41,281 bases of DNA from assembly GCF_001194135.2 (NCBI RefSeq), contig NC_068999.1, positions 30,769,531-30,810,811 on the forward strand, in the 5' to 3' direction. The notes beneath the pieces are model-generated. The model did no database searches, was not told where the DNA came from, and saw nothing but the letters and a program-made list of their open reading frames with translations. The translations under genes were made by a program, and so were the position numbers. This document shows, piece after piece, positions 33,135 through 41,281 of the stretch. This DNA comes from Octopus bimaculoides (Eukaryota). Numbering within the stretch: the first letter of the stretch is position 1; each line of letters opens with the position of its first letter.

Positions 33135-33809
33135 AAAATTAAAAACAATCACAAATTATAATTATTGCTGGTGTTCTTGTTCATGTTGTTATTTCCTCAT
33201 TGACCAATACATCTGTTTTGGTTTGAAGTTCAAGCTGGAACAATTTAACTTCAAATGTTAATGTCTTCAAAGAAGGGAGAAATATTTCAATGTCCTCTTT
33301 CCCTATTTTTATATAAAGTTCTATAACATCATAAGACACTCCCCCCGCCATCATACACCAGTGATACAACTAAACTGACAAGATCTTCCTCTCTCTCTCT
33401 CTCCCTCCCAAGTCCATACTATTTCCTTATTCTCCCCTCTAAAGAAGTGATTGCCTCACATTTAAAACATAACCAGTAATTTTTGCACCAGATATACAAA
33501 CGTACATTACTTGAAAAATATATTACACTGACATACAATAATGACTACTCTGATGTATTTCATCTCACAGATATACAACATCACAACACCAAACTGACTT
33601 GCAACATCACACTGACATTCAACAACATTGCACCAACATTACACACCATAATGTGAGTTTCCACAGTAATGTAGCATTCACTTAACACACACATGTACAC
33701 ACACATATACAAGCATGCACACACATGTACACGCATTCACACACACGTACAAGCATGTGAACACACTCACTGCTAGAAGTAGCAACTAAATCACCATCAA
33801 ATCATACCA

Positions 33810-35251
33810 TGAAGCATTCCTGGAACTCCTTTTAGGGGATAGTGAGCAGCTGCCTTGTCGCATTCTTTTGGATTTCTTTGACATCTTGAAATCTTGTTCC
33901 TTTCAAGTGGGATTTGATTTTTGGAAAGAGGTAAAAGTCACAAGGGATGAGATCTGGGGAATGTGGTGGTTGTCAAACCTGGAGAATGTTGTACTTGGCC
34001 AAAAACTGCTGTGTTGAATGGGCAGGTGCATTGTTAATGTGTAGTTGCACTCACTGGATTCATGCAATTTGTCCTTTTCTGACGAATATCATCCCTCAAA
34101 TACTGAAACATGTCAAGGTAGTACTTCTTGCTTACTGTCTGACTAGGTGTAACATACTCATGATGAACAATGCTCTTGTAGTCAAAGAAAACTGTCAACA
34201 GTGTCTTCACATTGCTTCAACTCATTCATACTTTCTTCAGTCTCAGTGGGATTGAGGTCTTCCCCTGTGAAGAATGAACCTTGGTTTCATGGTCATAGCC
34301 ATAGACCCACAGTTCATCTGTTATGACCATTTTCAAAGAGTTTTGTCTTCTTCAACACAATCAAGGAGATCCTGTGCAGCTGAAATCCGATCTTCTTTTT
34401 GATCAAGTGAAAACAGTTTTGAAATAAATTTGGCAGACACAAGTCTCATACCCACATCATCTGTGAGAATGAACTGTAGCTAATGTTCACATCCTCTGAC
34501 AACTCATACATAGTGATTTCGCAGTCTTTCTGAATAGCTGCATGTACATCTGCAATGTTTGCATCATGGTTCTGTCTCTCAGAATGTGCATCACTGTTGA
34601 CAGTTTCAGCCATCTTGGAAACGTTTGAACCACTCATACACTCCTCTATGTACACTTTCTTATTTCTTTATTGCCCACAATGGGCTAAACATAAAGGGAA
34701 CAAACAAGGAAAGACAAAGGGGTTAAGTCGATTACATCGACCTCAGTGCGTAACTGGTGCTTAATTTATCGACCCCGAAAGGATGAAAGGCAAAGTCGAC
34801 CTCGGCAGAATTTGAACTCAGAACGTAAAGACAGACAAAATACCACTAAGCATTTCACCCAGCATGCTAACATTTCTGCCAGCTTACCACCTTACATACC
34901 TTATATACACTTTCCTCTATATACACTTTCCTCTATATACACTTTCTGCAACTTTGCAGAGGCTCTGTGCAGTTATCACCAAGCTTTTGGCAAAATCTAA
35001 TGCAAATACTCTGCTCAGTTTTCTCTACCATGGTCACCAATGGAACCTCTGTGGTGTAGTGAGACAACCACACTCTACACACACTTTACTTCCAAGCACT
35101 GCTATAAACAATGGAAGTGAGCGACAATGTTATAACTTAGTGAGCATGCGTAACAGAGTTCAAAATCAATCTGTGGCAAATGGCTTCACTTTGCATACTT
35201 TAGCTCTGTTACCATAGCAACAGTCCTGATACTTTTTGAATAGAACTTGTA
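33810..35251 (-). mobile_element. Decayed mariner (DD34D-type) DNA transposon; one TIR visible, 3' end truncated
   Basis: ATG at 35031 (minus): MVEKTEQSICIRFCQKLGD; then ITMYELSEDVNIS, SAKFISKL, VITDELWVYGYD.ETK, TLLTVFFDY, NNAPAH, SPDLIPCDFYLFPKIKSHLKGTRF. TIR-like cagtcctgatactttttgaatagaacttgTA at 35221-35251. Confidence 0.9.
34661..34893 (-). mobile_element. SINE family B variant inserted in the mariner ORF
   Basis: Family B body (gtcgattacatcgacctcagtgcgtaactggtgc...gaaaggatgaaaggcaaagtcgacctcggcagaatttgaactc...ttctgccagcttaccacc) with a different 3' end. It is flanked by cctctat(g/a)tacactttct at 34643-34660 and 34930-34947. Confidence 0.88.
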
Positions 35252-36239
35252 TGTATACATGGAGATAGACAGCAACTGCCTCTACTGACTCTAATCTATC
35301 AGTGTATTGTACACAATATCTATGTAACCATGTTCTACAGCTATATATTATATCTTAGACAAATACCTATAACTCAGTTAGGGGTAGATGTCTATTAAAC
35401 ATGGTACCTTTCACCAAGTTCAGCATGGAACACATATGTTAAGTGAAATGTTAAAAGGAAGTTTTCAACTGATGTATGTATATAAAGTAAATACATGTAA
35501 TTAAAAAATATGTTTTGTGTAGCCTATTTCGTAACCAAAAAATGGGTACAGATTATAAACAATGAAAGGCCGATTTTAGTGATTCATTTGACAGAGGTAG
35601 TAGAGAGCCAATCCTTTTATTGAGCTGGGACACAGTTTGTTTATTTTCATTCAGCATCTGGTGGTCATCTTAGAGGTGCCCTGTGTCAAAAAATGTCATT
35701 CGTAGCAGACGTTCTCTTAACATCGTTTACACACGCCTGATTCGGGCTCAGAAGTTACAGCCCAAGTTGTTATCTATAATCGTGAAAATTAAAAGTAATT
35801 CAAATTCAGTGTTTTCCTGAAGTAATAAATTTCTATAGAGATTAAGATTTAAATTTCAATCCATGAAAAGTTTCCGTTGTACAATATTCTTAAAGGAACA
35901 AAACATTATCCAGCAACTCAGGCTAATACGAATGAGCCTGGTAGATGTAAAAGGCCAACTGACATCTCTTGTCAAGAGTACAGGCGACAGTCAGATGGCC
36001 AATGTTTGTTGTGCACTCCAGTGTCATTATTTGATTGCTGTTAATCTGTGCGTCTGTGTGTAAAGATCAGTTATGCTTTGCAGGGTTGCTTTATTTTTAC
36101 CCTTAACTTAGAAATGGAGAAAGACATAGTGCTAGATATAAAAAAATAAGCCATTTGGGGCTAGAAATTCTTTGAGCCAGGCATGTGTCTTATGCAAAAT
36201 CTGTGATGAGCCTGAGTGACACAGAAGACCTGGAGTTAC

Positions 36240-36285
<46 letters not shown>

Positions 36286-36764
36286 TACATACATTATATA
36301 TATATANNNNNNNNNNTTAACTACTCAGTATAGTAGGGTCAGTTGGGCATTATTTGTGAGAAAAACAGCACTGTGATGCAATTCACTCTGCCAGAAATTT
36401 GGAAACAACATGCTGTACTGCTTGGCATTTGCACTGGAAGCTCCAAAACAACATTTAGCCCGTGGTTGAAGTGAATGGTGCTTTTATTGAATAAATTTAC
36501 TCTTTAGTATTTGAAGATATTTTTATGTAATTTTGGTAAATATATATGCTGAAATGAGATGTCAATGTTATTTTCATTTTTGCATAATTTAGACAATTTA
36601 TTCACTGCACCCTGTATATATATATATGTAGTAGAGGAAGTTACGGTTTATCTATTAGTGTAAATTATATTGCATAGTGAACTATAACTATAGTCATGTT
36701 TTAATCATTGTGTATTTGTGTATAAATATAGAGAAGTCTGGGTTTTCATCTCATATATATATAC

Positions 36765-36975
36765 TCTTTTACTCTTTTACTTGTTTCAGTCATTTGACTG
36801 TAGCCATGCTGGAGCACAGCCTTTAGTCGAGAAAATCAACACCAGGACTTATTCTTTGTAAGCCTAGTACTTACTCTATCAGTCTCTTTCGCCAAACCGC
36901 TAAGTTACAGGACGCAAACACACTAGCATCGATTGTCAAGCGATGTTGGGGGGACAAAGAGACACACAAACATAT

Positions 36976-37020
<45 letters not shown>

Positions 37021-37171
37021 CGACGGGCTTCTTTCAGTTTCTGTCTACCAAATCCATTCACAAGGCTTTGGTTGGCTCGAGGCTATAGTAGAAGACACTT
37101 GCCCATGGGGCCATGCAGTGGGACTGAACCTGGAACCATGTGGTTCATAAGCAAGCTACTTACCACACAGC
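36765..37171 (-). mobile_element. SINE family A, full-length copy
   Basis: Reverse complement of 10925-11312, from ctcttttacttgtttcagtcatttgactg to gcaagctacttaccacacagcc, with an internal (TA)n. Confidence 0.9.
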
Positions 37172-37184
37172 CCGGTTATTATGA

Positions 37185-37483
37185 TGAGGGTCCCAGCTGA
37201 TACGATCAATGGAACAGCTTGCTTGTGAAATTAACGTGCAAGTGGCTGAGCACTCCACAGGCATGTGTACCCTTAATGTAGTTTTCAGGGAGATTCAGTG
37301 CGACACAAAGTGTGACAAGGCTGGCCCTTTGAAATACAGGTATTACTCATTTTTGCCAGCTGAGTGGACTGGAGCAACGTGAAATAAAGTGTCTTGCTCA
37401 AGAACACAACGCATCACCTGGAATTGAACTTACAACCGTATGATCATGAGCCGAATGCCCTAACCCACTAAGCCATTTGCCTT

Positions 37484-37485
<2 letters not shown>
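37185..37485 (-). mobile_element. SINE family C (tRNA-type head)
   Basis: The minus strand begins ...ggcttagtgggttagggcattcggctcatgatcatacggttgtaagttcaattccagg, with A/B-box-like motifs, followed by a non-tRNA body. Confidence 0.7.
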
Positions 37486-37514
<29 letters not shown>

Positions 37515-37547
37515 GCTTAAAGTGGAACTCTGAACCCTCCAAAAGGT

Positions 37548-37904
37548 GGTTCAGAGTTCCACTTTAAACAAGGTGAAATATTTAAGATTAAATCAAATTT
37601 CACCTGTGCCTCGGAAAATCTAATCTATGCCATTACATGCTTGGGGTGCAGTAATAACTATACTGGCCAAACAGGAATATCACTCCGTAGAAGAACCACT
37701 CTCCACAAAGAACAAATCCGCCACCCACATTACAGACAGATACAGGTCAGTGGACACATAGAAAGGTGTGCGAGGAATCTTAATCCTAATTTCCTAATTT
37801 TTCCCTTCTATCAATGTTCACAGAACATCTCAACACAACAAAGAATGAATAAAGAGGCAATTTTCATTAATAAATATCTTTCTCAACTAAATATGAACAC
37901 ATAA
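37548..37904 (+). pseudogene. GIY-YIG endonuclease domain (PLE-4), truncated at the N-terminus
   Basis: FTC.S.NLIY.I.C..C...Y.GQT...LR.R...H...IR pattern typical of Penelope-group endonucleases. Confidence 0.88.
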
Positions 37905-38088
37905 CATAATATAGAACACTACTAATCTTCCATTTGATACCACTAACCCCCATACATTCCATGCATCATTTATATTACAGATCCAGATCTACCCTAATTG
38001 CAACAAATCCAGAACTACTTACCTCCCTTACTCATAATCTTTTTACTAAGGGACTAATAGACTTGACATCGTTCAGAATTCAGTGTGC

Positions 38089-38136
38089 ATTCAGAGCAAT
38101 GATTAGTAATATTACGAAACCGGTATGCTTTTGAAT
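38089..38136 (+). ncRNA. Minimal type-I hammerhead (classic PLE form) with decayed core
   Basis: AUUCAGAGCA-AUGAUUA-GUAAUAUUAC-GAAA-CCGG-UA-UGCUUUUGAAU. Helix I is 10 bp with one bulge, helix II is palindromic, and ACCGGU forms palindromic loop III. The core reads AUGAUUA instead of CUGAUGA. Confidence 0.75.
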
Positions 38137-38291
38137 CTCTTTAACAACTCACAATAATGACTTTTATTACCTTTATTCCTACTTCAGTTCATCTAATTGT
38201 ATATATCTATCGTTACTTTTCATAAAAAGCCTTTACTTTCTTTGATTTCCAATGTGCATTTTCGCTTATTTTTCTGCTTACTTCCCCTCCC

Positions 38292-38329
<38 letters not shown>

Positions 38330-39949
38330 NNNNNNNNNNNNNNNNNNNNNNNNNNNNNNNNNNNNNNNNNNNNNNNNNNNNNNNNNNNNNNNNNNNNNNN
38401 NNNNNNNNNNNNNNNNNNNNNNNNNNNNNNNNNNNNNNNNNNNNNNNNNNNNNNNNNNNNNNNNNNNNNNNNNNNNNNNNNNNNNNNNNNNNNNNNNNNN
38501 NNNNNNNNNNNNNNNNNNNNNNNNNNNNNNNNNNNNNNNNNNNNNNNNNNNNNNNNNNNNNNNNNNNNNNNNNNNNNNNNNNNNNNNNNNNNNNNNNNNN
38601 NNNNNNNNNNNNNNNNNNNNNNNNNNNNNNNNNNNNNNNNNNNNNNNNNNNNNNNNNNNNNNNNNNNNNNNNNNNNNNNNNNNNNNNNNNNNNNNNNNNN
38701 NNNNNNNNNNNNNNNNNNNNNNNNNNNNNNNNNNNNNNNNNNNNNNNNNNNNNNNNNNNNNNNNNNNNNNNNNNNNNNNNNNNNNNNNNNNNNNNNNNNN
38801 NNNNNNNNNNNNNNNNNNNNNNNNNNNNNNNNNNNNNNNNNNNNNNNNNNNNNNNNNNNNNNNNNNNNNNNNNNNNNNNNNNNNNNNNNNNNNNNNNNNN
38901 NNNNNNNNNNNNNNNNNNNNNNNNNNNNNNNNNNNNNNNNNNNNNNNNNNNNNNNNNNNNNNNNNNNNNNNNNNNNNATATATATGAAGTATGTATGTCT
39001 TCTAGAGGTGTAATGTTGTATACCAATGTAATATTCTTGTATATCAATGTAATATCAAGCAATATTTCTTTTATTAATTTTCTTCTTGCATTATTCTTAT
39101 TTTACTTTACCTTTCTGTACATGTGAAGATAATTTCAAGTTTTGTATGGTTAAAATGTTTCCTATACCCACATCTGATAATTGATTAGATTTCAATTTAG
39201 ATTGACTGAAAATAATATGAAAGGTGCAAAGAGTGTAATTTAATCTCTCACCTTGATGCCTATAAGACTATTGTTGTATAGGATAGAAAAAAAAAAAAAA
39301 ACTGACAGAGAGGTATTTTGAAATGAAGAATAGTCAAGAAACAAAAATTTATCAAGAAACCCGAGAATTGGGGATCTTCTGAATTTGGGAAATGGTTGTA
39401 ATTCAAGAGTTTAATCAATACAAAGTGTAATTGAGACACCAAGAGGAAATCAGTTTGCAAGGAAGAAAGTGCCAGGGGGATGGATGCCTTACAAGGTAAA
39501 AATGCACTGTCGTGCTTCTCTGATATATTTTACAACAACTTTTCAGTTCTAATGCATTTTGTGATTAAATTACTACTTGAGGAATATTAAAATCAGGCCA
39601 AGGTAAAAAGACATTTCAGTATTTTGAATAAAAGTTGAAAATAATTCAGCAAGCTTTCAGTATCAGTTTATCATTTGAAACAAACTGTTGCTTATAAGAA
39701 TGGTAACCGAAATATGTCAGTCTAATGTTTTCTTGCATGGAATTTAAGATTCAGATAAAAAAAAGAAAGCTCAACAGATTTAAGAACTTCAGACTCTGTT
39801 TGTTAGGACAAATAAAGGAGGACTTCGTGAGATATTCCTGAACATGTTACAATATGCATATTATGTATACTTATAACTGTATATGTATGTCTAGGTGTGT
39901 GCATGTCTATTTATGCATATATCTACGCATATGCATGTTTGTGTATATA

Positions 39950-40052
<103 letters not shown>

Positions 40053-40483
40053 AAATTTATGCATGTCTTTCAGTGCGTATCTATGTCTATATGCATTCAA
40101 TGTGTCTTCAAAAGTGAGGAAACAATAAATATGATGACAATTCCTTAATTCTTTGTCTTAGGCATGAATGATACCCTGACCACTACAACAAGCCCACCAT
40201 CAGTTTGAAGTTGTAAGAAATTTGAATCTCAACTTGGATTATAGTAAGAGAATGCTTCTCAGATGACCAAACTGACCCTCTTGTACCATACTTCCTGGAT
40301 CATGGCAAGGTGAGTTGAAATAATTGGGGATATCCTAGAGATGTAACATGATGACTAGAATAATCTATATTCTTTACCATGCTCTGAAGTACCCACTGCA
40401 CAGTTCTGTTGTTGGATAAATAAATATATGACTGAGATACAGTGAGATGCTGTAATGTATCTAGGTTACAGATGTATGATTGA

Positions 40484-41281
40484 GATATAGTGGAACTATA
40501 GTCAACTGCTACAAATGTAAAGGTGACGCTTTAGATACAAATAATTACAGAGGTATCAAGTTGTTAGATCAGGTAATGAAAGTCATGGAGAAGGCCACAG
40601 GCCCACTAATTAGGGAGAAGTCAGTTTAGATGAGATGCAGTTTGGGTTTGTGCCAGGGAAAAGCACCACTGATGCTATATTTCTGGTTAGACAGCTGCAG
40701 GAGAAATACCTAGCCAAAGATAAACCTCTGTACCTGGCTTTCGTTGACATGGAGAAAGCCTTTGACAGGGTCCCCCGATCCCTTATCTGGTGGTCAATGA
40801 GGAAACTAGGGATAGAAGAATGGTTAGTGAGAGCTGTGCGAGCCATGTACAGAGACGCTGTCAGTAAGGTGAGGGTTAGCAATGAGTACAGTGAAGAATT
40901 CCTATTTATCATAATCCACCAGGCGATAACAGGAATTCAAGACAGGATGCCCCTGGGAGCTCCTCTATGCTGATGACCTTGCACTAATTGCTGAATCACT
41001 ATCAGAACTAGAGGAGAAGTTTCAGGTGTAGAAGCAGAGACTAGAATCAAAGGGCCTTAGAGTCAACTTAGCTAAAACCAAAGTTCTAATAAGTAGGAAG
41101 GTAGAAAAAAACACATACCCCTTCAGGTAGATGGCCCTGCTTGATCTGTAGAAAAGGCGTAGGTAGAAACTCTATAAGATGCACCCGGTGCAAGCTATGG
41201 ACACATAGGAGGTGCAGCAATATCAAAGGAAGGTTAACTAGGAAGTTAGTTTTCATTTGTAGCAGATGTTCAGGAGCTATA
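40484..41281 (+). mobile_element. Second RTE LINE copy, 5'-truncated, running off the window end
   Basis: TIVNCYKCKGDALD.NNYRGIKLLDQVMKV, MQFGFVPGKSTTDAIFLVRQLQEKY...AFVDMEKAFDRVPRS, ELLYADDLALIAES. Colinear with 17440-18480 but lacking the VGVHQG.VLSP segment. Confidence 0.94.

Larger units (their letters stand above)
37517..38294 (+). mobile_element. PLE-4: 5'-truncated Penelope/Poseidon-type element (GIY-YIG plus tail) with a 20-bp terminal hairpin, sitting in (TA)n
   Basis: Uninterrupted frame 37548-37904: GSEFHFKQGEIFKIKSNFTCASENLIYAITCLGCSNNYTGQTGISLRRRTTLHKEQIRH...KEAIFINKY..QLN. Hammerhead motif in the tail. TA tracts on both sides. Confidence 0.88.

Noticed and set aside
38197-39126. 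Long ORFs (190-309 aa) in the ORF track here and at 12604-13176 and 14517-14834
   Set aside because: They consist mostly of N gaps translated as X.
40269-40316. Frame RECFSDDQTDPLVPYFLDHGK ending at a GTGAGT donor
   Set aside because: The acceptor is poor, there is no homology, and a single donor match is expected by chance in 41 kb.

Overview
This is AT-rich, microsatellite-dense eukaryotic non-coding DNA. It is probably cephalopod (octopus-like); that is an inference from the SINE, RTE and microsatellite landscape and was not verified. I recognise no host protein-coding gene. Almost everything readable is decayed transposon sequence. (1) Penelope-like retroelements (PLEs): a near full-length minus-strand copy bounded by a 21-bp direct repeat (1279-4158); a near full-length plus-strand copy (ORF 9247-12292) with an approximately 1.7-kb inverted copy of its own 3' end at its 5' side; and three 3'-end fragments (about 4200, 13.4 kb and 37.5 kb). 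(2) Two tandem Dong/R4-type RLE retroelements in a (TAA)n nest. (3) Two RTE LINEs plus several RTE 3'-UTR fragments. (4) A decayed mariner, a probable L1/Tx1 relic, many tRNA-type SINEs and three minisatellites. The most interesting signal is at RNA level. Every PLE 3' tail carries a recognisable type-I hammerhead ribozyme fold. In three different Cys-linker (Neptune-type) PLE copies the fold is not the usual minimal PLE hammerhead: it has a GUA cleavage triplet and a long rod-like helix II of about 53-93 nt. In addition, inverted duplications occur at four scales (20, 108, about 156 and about 1700 bp), three of them at PLE 5' junctions, with junction signatures that may show how these elements integrate. 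All folds and alignments were done by eye, and every hammerhead copy here has core mutations.
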